Below are positions 16,093 through 25,208 of a DNA stretch of 38,669 bases, piece by piece. The notes under the pieces were generated by a model, which saw only the letters and a program-made list of their open reading frames with translations, ran no database searches and had not been told where the DNA came from. Numbering within the stretch: position 1 is the stretch's first letter; each line of letters starts with the position of its first letter. The translations under genes and the position numbers were made by a program. Source of the stretch: Candidatus Taylorbacteria bacterium RIFCSPLOWO2_01_FULL_45_34b (GTDB lineage: Bacteria; Patescibacteriota; Minisyncoccia; Phycocordibacterales; DSPV01); NCBI GenBank assembly GCA_001822675.1, contig MHRY01000013.1:2024-40692 (forward strand), read 5' to 3'.

Positions 16093-16593
16093 ATGAAAAA
16101 ACCTGGTCAAGAAAAAATCGAGGAGAATAAATTTATAAACATGAAAACCATCCGACGCGCCGATCAGCACGCGGTTATGGAAGAAATCAGAAAACAAGGC
16201 CACTGCCCATTCTGCCGCGAAAATTTGGCCAAGTACCACAAGAGTCCGATTCTCAAGGAAGGAAAATATTGGCTTCTCACCGACAACCAATGGCCGTATG
16301 AGAAAGTAAAACACCAGATGCTCGCTATTTATAAAACCCACGTTGAGCATATTAAAGATCTAGACCCACAAGCTGGCGCAGAATTATTTGAAATGTTCGG
16401 CAAAGTGTCAAAAGAACGAAATATGATTGGCGGCGGCGTGGCTATCCGCTTTGGTTCTTCCATTCATGGCAACTACGGCTCGTCAGTTCTCCACATTCAC
16501 GTTCATCTTGTTGAGCCAGACCTAGAGAAACTCAACGAAACCGAAGCGTGGAAATTTAAATTCGGCCAACCAAAAAATTACAGAAAAAATTAA
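16093..16593 (+). CDS. HIT-family nucleotide hydrolase/transferase
   Basis: CPFC, NQWPY, and HIHVH triad; start taken at ATG 16093. Confidence 0.85.
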   Translation: MKKPGQEKIEENKFINMKTIRRADQHAVMEEIRKQGHCPFCRENLAKYHKSPILKEGKYWLLTDNQWPYEKVKHQMLAIYKTHVEHIKDLDPQAGAELFEMFGKVSKERNMIGGGVAIRFGSSIHGNYGSSVLHIHVHLVEPDLEKLNETEAWKFKFGQPKNYRKN

Positions 16594-16622
16594 AGATTCG
16601 CTTAGGGTAAAATTTCAGACTA

Positions 16623-17459
16623 CTAAAATTTCACAAAAATAATTTCAACGCCTTGGTCTTTGAGGACTGGAACACCGTCGAGCACCGCGTAACCACCAGA
16701 ATAAAAAAGACGTTTGATACCAGAATATGCAATGGATTTTGCGCAGGGCGGGCATGGGAAGGTTGAAACGTACATATCGAGACCTTGAAGTGCCAAACCT
16801 CGCCGTGCGGCCTCGGCAATAATTCCTGCTTCCGAATGAAGAGACGAGGAAAGCTCGACATGAATACCCTGGCTGAAATCGGAACGCGGATCCCCCGCCA
16901 CATAAGGCGCGTGCTCACTCGGGACATGTTTGTTATAAGTTTCTAAAATAACCTTGCCATCTTTCACAATAGCCGAACCGATACGGCGCCAGAAATCGGA
17001 GCTTTTCTTTTCCGCGCGCTCTCCGAGCGCGCGAATTATTTTCTTGTCAAATTCTTCTACAGAAATTTTTTGATCTATCTCAACTACCTGTTCGGCCTGC
17101 GATTTATGCTTGTCCCAACGCAGAAATATGGAATCAAATTCAATGTCCGTTCCTTTAAAGGATCTCTCTGCAATATCACGTGACACATCTTCATCTGGCA
17201 TGATAACTTTCGATTTCTGTAACGTGAGACCCGAAAATCCTTCCTGCTCAAGAATCTCAATGTTTTTAAAAAGTTTCCACGGCAGAAGGGATTCTTTCAC
17301 CAATTCTGGATCAAGAGCCCGAATGTCTTTAACAAGCGGCCTGTACTGTTTTGTTATTGATGTACCCAAAATATATAAAGTCTCCGCGTCTTTGTGTTTC
17401 TCAAAAAAACGCCAATAGCCTTCGTGAATAACCGGGATGTAAGCGACGATTATTTTCAT
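16623..17459 (-). CDS. dCMP/cytidine deaminase-family protein with an extra N-terminal domain
   Basis: C-terminal HSE...PCPPC zinc motif; N-terminal YIPVIHEGY segment. Confidence 0.85.
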   Translation of the reverse strand: MKIIVAYIPVIHEGYWRFFEKHKDAETLYILGTSITKQYRPLVKDIRALDPELVKESLLPWKLFKNIEILEQEGFSGLTLQKSKVIMPDEDVSRDIAERSFKGTDIEFDSIFLRWDKHKSQAEQVVEIDQKISVEEFDKKIIRALGERAEKKSSDFWRRIGSAIVKDGKVILETYNKHVPSEHAPYVAGDPRSDFSQGIHVELSSSLHSEAGIIAEAARRGLALQGLDMYVSTFPCPPCAKSIAYSGIKRLFYSGGYAVLDGVPVLKDQGVEIIFVKF

Positions 17460-18067
17460 CCCTTGATTTCCTTTAATGCCTGCTCAACAGCTGTCATCAT
17501 TTTCGGTAAGAGCGTTTTCTCGAACTTTGACGCCATGCCGATCTGGAGCCGTCGGAGTTTTGCGCTGGTTGATGTCGTCGCTTGCGGATTGAGCACCACC
17601 ACCTTGCCACAATATTTTTTCAATCCTTGTAGTTGCCCTTTGTCATATGTTTCTTTAGTAGCAATAAGAACATCAGGACGAACCATCTTGATCAAATTCC
17701 ATTTCGGCGACTTATAGTGTTTCAAAAATACAGCGTCAACCGGCCGCAGGTGACACACCATTTCAAGTCGTTCGGCTTCCGGTACCACAGGACGATCCGG
17801 ACCTTTTCTGGCCCGCACCTTTTCATCACTATCCACACCGACAATTAAAATATCCCCGTGTTTCTTGGCCTCTCCAAAATAGCGAGCATGGCCAATATGA
17901 GCCATGTCATACGTACCCGAGGTAAGGACAATTTTCAAACCCAAACCACGGCTGTGGTTTACAAATTTTTTCATCGCCGCCTCGTTTTTGATATAGCGAT
18001 TGTCGAAATTAGTCTCATTGCTAAAAATTCCTTTATGGAAACCGTTAAAAATCATACCGCTAAGCAT
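17456..18067 (-). CDS. Cytidylyltransferase/adenylyltransferase family protein (RfaE2/TagD-like)
   Basis: TSGTYDMAHIGH, LIVGVDSD, RKGPDRP, TSTS; ATGA overlap with the deaminase gene. Confidence 0.9.
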   Translation of the reverse strand: MLSGMIFNGFHKGIFSNETNFDNRYIKNEAAMKKFVNHSRGLGLKIVLTSGTYDMAHIGHARYFGEAKKHGDILIVGVDSDEKVRARKGPDRPVVPEAERLEMVCHLRPVDAVFLKHYKSPKWNLIKMVRPDVLIATKETYDKGQLQGLKKYCGKVVVLNPQATTSTSAKLRRLQIGMASKFEKTLLPKMMTAVEQALKEIKG

Positions 18068-18094
18068 ACCGAAAAAATTTTAATACACAAGTAT

Positions 18095-18124
18095 AAAAAA
18101 GGCGGGCCGTGGTGACTCGCCTTT
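18095..18124 (-). terminator. Intrinsic terminator
   Basis: Minus strand AAAGGCGAGTC...GGCCCGCCTTTTTT. Confidence 0.6.
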
Positions 18125-18146
18125 CAATGTGAATACCCTAAGATAC

Positions 18147-18611
18147 CTATCTAACTTGGAGAAGTGGGACGTACTGTTGCTTTTTCCTTTGCCGAATTTC
18201 GGCAAGAAAAGCAACACCATCGCTTAGCGTTTCGTACCAACGATAAAGGCATGATTCATGCCCAACAAGATTGAGTCCTCGGTAGATTCTACCTACCTGT
18301 GGAATAAGTGCGACGCTAAGAACCCTTTTCTCAATCATATGGCTCCACGCGACCTCACCAAACCCGAGCGAGGGAAAGCTGCATAAACAAACGACGATGT
18401 CTGCGGCATGAACACATTCATCAATCTCAAATGTCTTTTCGCTTCCTGCTTCAGTGACAACTTGATCACCCTTAGCCAAATTCACGATATCAAATTTTTC
18501 CTCCTGCAAGAGCGACTGCAACTCGCTCACTTCCCGCATGAAATCGGATTTCGCCGATGCGGATTCCCGAGCATCTAAACTGACAGCAACAAACACTTTA
18601 AACACTTTCAT
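18147..18611 (-). CDS. Hypothetical protein, possibly a degenerate nucleoside 2'-deoxyribosyltransferase fold
   Basis: FEIDECVHAADIVVCLCSFPSLGFGEVAW resembles the NDT/RCL PSxGxGxE region; start taken at MKVFKV. Confidence 0.5.
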   Translation of the reverse strand: MKVFKVFVAVSLDARESASAKSDFMREVSELQSLLQEEKFDIVNLAKGDQVVTEAGSEKTFEIDECVHAADIVVCLCSFPSLGFGEVAWSHMIEKRVLSVALIPQVGRIYRGLNLVGHESCLYRWYETLSDGVAFLAEIRQRKKQQYVPLLQVR

Positions 18612-18710
18612 AAAAGAACCTTCTGTTAAACTGGCTAGAAAATACCACAAACAACAAAAAACCGCAAAGTTTTCGCGGTTTTTCTTTTTCATTTCTTCCT
18701 TATACTTATA

Positions 18711-19133
18711 CTACTTGACTTCAACTCCCATCGATCGCGCCGAGCCTTCGATAATTTTCATGGCGGCGGGAACATCGTTGGCAGTCAAATCTTTCAGTTT
18801 TTTCTCGGCAATTTCTTTGATTTTGGCGCGGCTGATTGTTCCAACTTTGTTTGTCACATTTTTCCCAGATCCTTTGTCTTTGGAAATAGCTTTGAGAATG
18901 AGGTTGGTAGCTCGCGGTGTTTTGACCACGAAATCAAACGTGCGGTCTTCATACACAGAAATAACAACGGGTACCACATCCCCCATCATCTCTTTGGTAG
19001 CGGCGTTAAAGCGCGTTACGAATTCGCCGATATTCACTTTGGCTTGACCTAGCGCCGGGCCGATCGGCGGCGCAGGATTCGCCTTGCCGCCGGCGATAGT
19101 TAGCTTAAGTTGTCGAACAAGTTTTTTTGCCAT
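18711..19133 (-). CDS. rplK: 50S ribosomal protein L11
   Basis: [28 protein letters not shown]. Confidence 0.98.
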   Translation of the reverse strand: MAKKLVRQLKLTIAGGKANPAPPIGPALGQAKVNIGEFVTRFNAATKEMMGDVVPVVISVYEDRTFDFVVKTPRATNLILKAISKDKGSGKNVTNKVGTISRAKIKEIAEKKLKDLTANDVPAAMKIIEGSARSMGVEVK

Positions 19134-19253
19134 AATGGTTTAAATTACAATAACCAAGATACAATAACCAAACAATTCCCAATAATCAAGCTCCAATCTA
19201 CAAATCATAGTTTGGTTATTGAAGTTTGAGATTTATCTGGAACTTGTTTCTTG

Positions 19254-19289
19254 CCCGCCCGACTGAACGATATCAGTCGTTCGGGCGGG
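19254..19289. repeat. Intergenic copy of the 36-bp palindromic repeat, embedded in low-complexity inverted sequence
   Basis: CCCGCCCGACTGAACGATATCAGTCGTTCGGGCGGG. Confidence 0.9.
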
Positions 19290-19307
19290 GTGTTTGGTTA
19301 TTTTGAA

Positions 19308-19853
19308 TTAGATTTTTCTGATTTGTAGAAAATCTAATTCAACTGGTGTTTCTCGTCCAAACATTGAAACGAGCACTTTGACCTTGCCGCGATCCGCGTC
19401 AACTTCGTTCACTTTGCCTTCTAAATCCTTGAAAGGTCCGTCAACGATGGTGATCGCGTCATCAACATCAAGATCGACGGTGTGAACAATTTTGTCCGCG
19501 TTCATACGCTTGAAGAGCACGTCTACTTCGCCTTTTTCAAGCGGCACTGGGTACACTCCGGAGCCGACGAAGCCAGTCACCCGCGGAGTGTTTCGAACCA
19601 CATACCACGAATCGTCGGTCACAATCATATTGACCAGTACATAGCCGGGATAAATTTTTTCCTCCTCTTCCACCCGTTTGCCGCCTTTGACTTTTATCTT
19701 TTTCTCCGTTGGCACAAGCACTTCAAAAATCTTGTCCTCCATACCAAGTGATTCGATGCGCTGTTTTAAGTTACGCGCCACCGCGTTCTCATAACCGGCA
19801 TAGGTATGGATTGCATACCAATTTTTCTCTTTTTCAAGCTTCTGTTTCGACAT
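19308..19853 (-). CDS. nusG: Transcription termination/antitermination factor NusG
   Basis: WYAIHTYAGYE, YPGYVLV, KOW motif DGPFKDLEG, FGRETPVELDF. Confidence 0.98.
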   Translation of the reverse strand: MSKQKLEKEKNWYAIHTYAGYENAVARNLKQRIESLGMEDKIFEVLVPTEKKIKVKGGKRVEEEEKIYPGYVLVNMIVTDDSWYVVRNTPRVTGFVGSGVYPVPLEKGEVDVLFKRMNADKIVHTVDLDVDDAITIVDGPFKDLEGKVNEVDADRGKVKVLVSMFGRETPVELDFLQIRKI

Positions 19854-19862
19854 TGTGAAAAA

Positions 19863-20054
19863 TTAGGAGATAAATTTCGTAAGCAATTCTTGAATGCCAA
19901 GTGAAAAAAGAAAATCAAAAAAGCCAAGAAATGCCGCTGTCAAAAGCGACACAATAATAACGATAACGGTGTAGGTCATCGCTTGTTTGCGAGTCGGCCA
20001 CGAGACATGCTTAAGCTCACCTCGTGTTTCTTTGATGTATTCTGAAACTGTCAT
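19863..20054 (-). CDS. secE: Preprotein translocase subunit SecE
   Basis: ELKHVSWPTRKQ plus one TM helix; upstream of nusG. Confidence 0.95.
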   Translation of the reverse strand: MTVSEYIKETRGELKHVSWPTRKQAMTYTVIVIIVSLLTAAFLGFFDFLFSLGIQELLTKFIS

Positions 20055-20168
20055 GGGTATAAATTATATTATTGTTCCCCTTATTAAAAAAGGCCTACTG
20101 GCCAGTTTTACGAATCCATAGTACACCTTTTGTAACTGTTGTCAACGAGAGTGGACGCTAGGATTATC

Positions 20169-20221
20169 AGAACCCCGAGGTTGAACCTTGGATCCGGAGA
20201 AAGGTTCAACCTCGGGGTTCT
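20169..20221. repeat. AGGTTnAACCT-family palindromic repeat (21-bp arms)
   Basis: AGAACCCCGAGGTTGAACCTT-11nt-AAGGTTCAACCTCGGGGTTCT; the core recurs inverted at 23031-23065 with 2 mismatches. Confidence 0.85.
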
Positions 20222-20343
20222 AGACCTTCCAAAAAACCCGACTGGAGAATCGCGCCAGATAATAAAGAGCGAGAAAGAAAATAGAACATGTACTAATAAT
20301 CCTTTACTGCAAGGTTGTGCTACAAGGTCGAACCTTGTAATCT

Positions 20344-21180
20344 TTAGCGAATTTCGTAAGTAATCGTCACATTCGAGACAATTTTATTCTCCCCAGTTGG
20401 AATCTCGGGCGTTGGAGCAACCCCGCCGCCACGACCATCCACATATGCTGCTTCCGCTTTCATGTAGTAGATCGGTGGATAATTTCCTGATTCAGAGAAG
20501 CTCACGATTCGAACGAGCCTCACTCCAAGATCACGCGAGAGCACTTCCGCCTTTTCTCTGGCATCATCAATTGCTTTCTTTCTAGCTTCCGCCTTGAGAG
20601 CGTCTTCATCGTCAATCGAGAAAGATAAACCGCTTAAATTCGAAACTTCAAAGGAGCCAAGACTAGCGAGAATAGACCCTGCATCGGCGACTTTTCGGAT
20701 TTTAACCTCTACCGTGTGCGTAACTGTGTAGCCGACAATAACTTGATTGACTGGGTACGGCGGATAGATGTACTCTCCGCCGACTGCCTTCGGTTCATTT
20801 TGGTATTCATACTTCGGATAGACGCTGTAATTGATTGTCTTTATGTCTTTTGCGTCAATACCGCTTCCTTTAAGAGAAGCGATGATTGCGTTCATTCTCT
20901 CGGTTACTTTTGTCTGCGCGGCCGGAACCTCTTTGGCTTCTTCTGTAATATCAAAAGTAATGTTGGCGGTATCTGGCACGGAGACTACTTCCCCTTCGCC
21001 AGAAACACTAATGACGTTCTCGGGGGAATAATCACGCCCGATTGAACCTGATAATTTAAATTCATTGATTGTCTTCGCCAAAAGAAAAAGAGAAAGTATA
21101 ACTGTAACAAGTAAAATCCCCTTCCCGACGGGACCATTTTGACCAGACGTCCATTTGCCTTCCATGTTTGTTTGTTCCAT
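20344..21180 (-). CDS. SIMPL domain (DUF541/Omp28-like) protein
   Basis: ISVSGEGEVVSVPDTA, ARKKAIDDAREKAE, GENKIVSNVTITYEI; N-terminal TM helix. Confidence 0.92.
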   Translation of the reverse strand: MEQTNMEGKWTSGQNGPVGKGILLVTVILSLFLLAKTINEFKLSGSIGRDYSPENVISVSGEGEVVSVPDTANITFDITEEAKEVPAAQTKVTERMNAIIASLKGSGIDAKDIKTINYSVYPKYEYQNEPKAVGGEYIYPPYPVNQVIVGYTVTHTVEVKIRKVADAGSILASLGSFEVSNLSGLSFSIDDEDALKAEARKKAIDDAREKAEVLSRDLGVRLVRIVSFSESGNYPPIYYMKAEAAYVDGRGGGVAPTPEIPTGENKIVSNVTITYEIR

Positions 21181-21256
21181 ATTTTTATTAATAAATTAAA
21201 TAATCAAAATCAAAAAAGATACACCCAACTATTATGCTATGAAAAATTAAAAAAGA

Positions 21257-22126
21257 CTACGCTTGATTGGCCTCGATAAGATCGAGTAGGTTCTCAAAGA
21301 GTGAGGCGACGGTCATTGGGCCTACCCCGCCCGGCGTGGGCGAAATCGCCGAAACGACTCCTTTAACCTCTTCAAAATAGACATCACCGACAAGCATCCG
21401 TCCGCCAATTTCTTCTTCAAGCTTACTGCCGGGGGCTTCGTTAATCCCAACATCAACCACAACCTGCCCTTCTCTAAAAAAATTCCGCGTAAAGAAACGT
21501 GGCTTTCCAATTGCCACGATGACAATGTCGGCTGTTTTTGTTATATCGTCCAGATTGGTTGTCTTGCTGTGGCAGATCGTTACCGTCGCGTCTCTATTTA
21601 AAAGAGCGAGCGCAATCGGCTTACCAACCAAGGCCGAACGGCCAACCACGACAACTCGTTTCCCTGAAACAGAGATGTTGTATGCGTCGAGAAGCGCCAA
21701 AACTCCTCTCGCGGTTGCCGGCAGAAGCGTTTTTTTGTTTCCTTCCAAAAGCCGCTTCACATGATATGACGTCAAAGCGTCCGCATCCTTACGAGGAGAA
21801 ATCGTGTCGAGAAGCTCGCTCGAATCGAGACTTGGAGGAAGCGGAAGCTGAAGAATAACTCCATGGACACTTTTGTCATTATTTAATGACTGAATAAGCA
21901 TTTTGATTTCCTCTATTTTCACCTCTTTAGGAAGGGCGTGGTGGACGACCGAAACGCCGATTTTTTCTCCAAGTAGTTTTTTCTGGCGCACATAGGTATT
22001 CGAATCGGATAAATTTCCAATCTGAATAATAGCCAAAGACGCCGCAAAAGAAAGGGCTTTGACGCGCTCCACTAGCCGCTCTTTCATTTTCTCCTGAATT
22101 GGTTTTCCAAAAAGAATAGTAGCCAT
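21257..22126 (-). CDS. folD: Methylenetetrahydrofolate dehydrogenase/cyclohydrolase
   Basis: GVILQLPLP, KDADAL, VVGRSALVGKP, DVGIN, PTPGGVGPMTV. Confidence 0.96.
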   Translation of the reverse strand: MATILFGKPIQEKMKERLVERVKALSFAASLAIIQIGNLSDSNTYVRQKKLLGEKIGVSVVHHALPKEVKIEEIKMLIQSLNNDKSVHGVILQLPLPPSLDSSELLDTISPRKDADALTSYHVKRLLEGNKKTLLPATARGVLALLDAYNISVSGKRVVVVGRSALVGKPIALALLNRDATVTICHSKTTNLDDITKTADIVIVAIGKPRFFTRNFFREGQVVVDVGINEAPGSKLEEEIGGRMLVGDVYFEEVKGVVSAISPTPGGVGPMTVASLFENLLDLIEANQA

Positions 22127-22247
22127 AACAAAAAGCACTATACCATAGAGAAGTTGATTATGTCTTTCAAACTCTCAAAAATGTCAAGGTTAAACCTTGA
22201 CATGATACCATCGTAAATCTCGCTCATTTTTGGGTTATAATAACCCC

Positions 22248-22580
22248 ATGAGCGACAAAGAAACACAAAAACATTGCATTCCCTGTGAATTAAAAACCAA
22301 ACCCTACAAAGGCAACGAGATTACTTTTCGGCTGATGGGGCTTCCAGGCTGGCACGCGGTTGACGAGCATCATATCATCAAACGATGGAGTCTTATTGAT
22401 TTCAAAAGCGCGTTGGCGTTTGTAAATAAAATTGGGGAGATTGCCGAAGCGGAAGGCCACCATCCCGATATTTCTCTTTCATGGGGACGAGTTGAAGTTA
22501 CCCTTTTTACTCATTCGATAGACGGCCTATCCGAAAATGATTTTATTATGGCAGAGTTAATAGAGGGGGTAGGAAAATAG
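22248..22580 (+). CDS. Pterin-4a-carbinolamine dehydratase
   Basis: AEAEGHHPDI, THSIDGLSENDFIMA. Confidence 0.92.
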   Translation: MSDKETQKHCIPCELKTKPYKGNEITFRLMGLPGWHAVDEHHIIKRWSLIDFKSALAFVNKIGEIAEAEGHHPDISLSWGRVEVTLFTHSIDGLSENDFIMAELIEGVGK

Positions 22581-22741
22581 CTGCAAAAGCTACCAAAGTT
22601 TTAAGAGGAGAAAAATAAAATATTACCAAGGACTAACCTTGGGGATAAATGAACGAATATGTTCAGACGGGCTTCCGAAGCTTCACGAGCTTTGTTCCTA
22701 TGTCAAGGTTAAACCTTGACATTAAAACAGGAAAAAATAAA

Positions 22742-22777
22742 TAAAAAGGGACCCTCTCCTGAAATCGAGAGGGTCTT
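22742..22777 (-). terminator. Intrinsic terminator-like hairpin
   Basis: GACCCTCTC/GAGAGGGTC stem with an adjacent A-tract on the plus strand. Confidence 0.55.
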
Positions 22778-23134
22778 GAGTGGCCGGCCAAAGCCGGTTT
22801 CGCCGTCGTTTTATTCCATTTAACTATGGCGAACACTGATCAACATGATTTTCTTCATATTTTCTTAGCCTAAAGATCGCCGACTCGAGAGACCTCCACA
22901 CGGAGTTGCTCGGAGTGACCCCAGGCCACATTTATAATATCAAAGGTACCTTGAAAATACAACAAGCGTGGACTATTACTAAAAACTAACCTTTGGGATA
23001 AAAAACTTTAAGATAAGAAAAGTGTCCCTAAGGTCGAACCTTTCTCCAGATCCAAGGTTCAACCTTGGAAAATTTCTTTTTTATCTTTTGTTTTTCTTAA
23101 AGCTAATGGAGCTTCGGCAGCTTTTGAAGCTCTC

Positions 23135-24379
23135 CTACTCGTACCTCAAGGCATCGATCGGATTCTTGCGTGCCGCTTGGCGGGCGGGATACAAACCAAA
23201 CACAATACCAGTGACTGAAGAAACCAAAACCGCGGAGACGACTGCTGAAAATGGTAGGGCAAAAAACCATGTCGTCGCGACAATCTTTACCAAAATAACG
23301 TACACCAAACTGACCAAAAGCGCTCCGAATAAAATACCAACTACTCCCCCAACAAAGGTGAGCATGATAGATTCGAAAAGAAATTGAATGAGAATGTCGC
23401 GGTTGGTTGCGCCAAGCGCTTTACGGAGGCCGATTTCTTTTGTTCGCTCAACCACCGAGACAAGCATGATGTTCATGATGCCAATACCTCCAACAATAAG
23501 AGAGATCGAAGCGATGGCGCCGAGAAAAATCGTCATAATCGTAGTTATATTTCCAAGCAAAGACAGCGCGTCTTCTTGGGTGTTGACGGTAAAATCGTCT
23601 TTGTCCGGATCCGTAATGCGATGGTTTTGTCGGAGAATTGAAATCACCCGAGATTTGGCGAAATCGATGGTGTAGGCGTCCGCCGCCTCGACATTGACCA
23701 CGCTGTAATAATCCATGCCAAGAAGTTGTTTTTGAGCGACAGTAACCGGAATAATAATTAAATTATCCTGATCAACTCCGAAAGGGCCGAGACCTTTTTT
23801 ATCAAGCAGTCCCACAATCTTAAACGTAATATTTCTAAGCCGAACAGTTTTTCCGACCGGATCTTTCCCCCCAAAGAGCGTCGTCGCCAACTTCTCACCG
23901 ATGACCGCGACATGAGCATAGGAATCAACATCTGTGTCAGTAAAAAAACTGCCTTTCTTAAGCGCGAAATTGCGAATTTGGAAAAAGTCTTCGGTGGTAC
24001 CTTCAAAGGTAACCGTTGTGTCGTTGTTCTCAAAAACCACCTTGGCCTGACCACGCACTTCCGGCGCGGCTCTCGCAATTGACGGCTCGCGTTTGAAACT
24101 TTCAACATCTTGTTTCACCAACGTTTTAATAATCACACCTTGAACAGAGGCGGGTGAAGAAAACTTGGAACCCTTGGTCGCACCCGGGATAACAAAAATG
24201 AGATTTGAGCCGACTCCCTGCACTTGATCTAAAATAAGTTTCTGCGCGGAACTGCCGATCGACACAAGCAAAATGACCGAAGTAATACCAATGACAATAC
24301 CGAGCATGGTTAAAAGCGAGCGCACTTTGGCGTGCAATAATCCTTTAAAAGCAGTTTTGAAAGCATCGTGAAATTTCAT
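23135..24379 (-). CDS. MacB/FtsX-family ABC transporter permease
   Basis: RSLLTMLGIVIG, GGIGIMNIMLVSVVERTKEIGLRKALGA, PIDALRYE. Confidence 0.96.
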   Translation of the reverse strand: MKFHDAFKTAFKGLLHAKVRSLLTMLGIVIGITSVILLVSIGSSAQKLILDQVQGVGSNLIFVIPGATKGSKFSSPASVQGVIIKTLVKQDVESFKREPSIARAAPEVRGQAKVVFENNDTTVTFEGTTEDFFQIRNFALKKGSFFTDTDVDSYAHVAVIGEKLATTLFGGKDPVGKTVRLRNITFKIVGLLDKKGLGPFGVDQDNLIIIPVTVAQKQLLGMDYYSVVNVEAADAYTIDFAKSRVISILRQNHRITDPDKDDFTVNTQEDALSLLGNITTIMTIFLGAIASISLIVGGIGIMNIMLVSVVERTKEIGLRKALGATNRDILIQFLFESIMLTFVGGVVGILFGALLVSLVYVILVKIVATTWFFALPFSAVVSAVLVSSVTGIVFGLYPARQAARKNPIDALRYE

Positions 24380-24500
24380 CAGAATGAGCTTAAATTTTCA
24401 ATTTTTAATTTAAAATTTTCAATGAATTTCCAATGTTTAAATTTTCAAAATTGAGACATCTCGGGCTTTGATTGAAAATTGCAAAATTTTAAATTGAAAA

Positions 24501-25208
24501 TTATTTCAGTAGTCCCGCGTGCTGATGTCTCTCCCTAATCGGTTCATCCACTTCTATTTCTCCATCTTTGAGCCTGATCAGTCTTCGCCCGAACTCTGCT
24601 GTATAGGTCTCGTGGGTTACCAAAATGATAGTCTTACCGTTATTGTTTAGCACCTCAAGAATTTCCATGACTTGCACGCCTGAATGCGAATCAAGGTTCC
24701 CCGTAGGTTCATCGGCAAAAATAATATCCGGATCATTAACGAGCGCGCGAGCGATAGCAACCCGCTGTTTCTGGCCACCGGAGAGACGCCCCGCGGTAGT
24801 GTTAATCTTTTCGGAAAGCCCGACGGCGGCGACCGCTTTTTCAATTACGCTTTGTCGCTTTGAAATATCCATGTCTGAATACAAAAGCGGCAATTCAATA
24901 TTTTCATACACCGTTGATGTGCCGAGCAGATTGAACGCCTGAAACACAAAGCCCATCTCTTTGTTTCTAATTCTGGCCAATTCAATATCCGACAAATCGC
25001 TCATCTTACGCCCAGAAAAAGTATACTGGCCGCCGGTCGGCCGATCGAGAAAACTTAAAATGTGGAGCAAGGTGGATTTACCGGAACCAGAAGGACCCAT
25101 GATCGACACAAACTCACCTTTTTTAATCTTGCACGAAACGCCACGAAGAGCGTCTGTCTTAACTTCGCCTTCCTCGTAGGTTTTCCAGAGTTTGTCTAGA
25201 CTAATCAT
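24501..25208 (-). CDS. ABC transporter ATP-binding protein (MacB/LolD-like)
   Basis: GPSGSGKST, LSGGQKQRVAIARAL, ADEPTGNLD, VTHE. Confidence 0.97.
   Translation of the reverse strand: MISLDKLWKTYEEGEVKTDALRGVSCKIKKGEFVSIMGPSGSGKSTLLHILSFLDRPTGGQYTFSGRKMSDLSDIELARIRNKEMGFVFQAFNLLGTSTVYENIELPLLYSDMDISKRQSVIEKAVAAVGLSEKINTTAGRLSGGQKQRVAIARALVNDPDIIFADEPTGNLDSHSGVQVMEILEVLNNNGKTIILVTHETYTAEFGRRLIRLKDGEIEVDEPIRERHQHAGLLK

Noticed and set aside
20055-20340. tRNA-Trp or rpmG expected upstream of secE, and ORF 20139-20363
   Set aside because: No cloverleaf or L33 motif is visible; the ORF is translated palindromic repeat.
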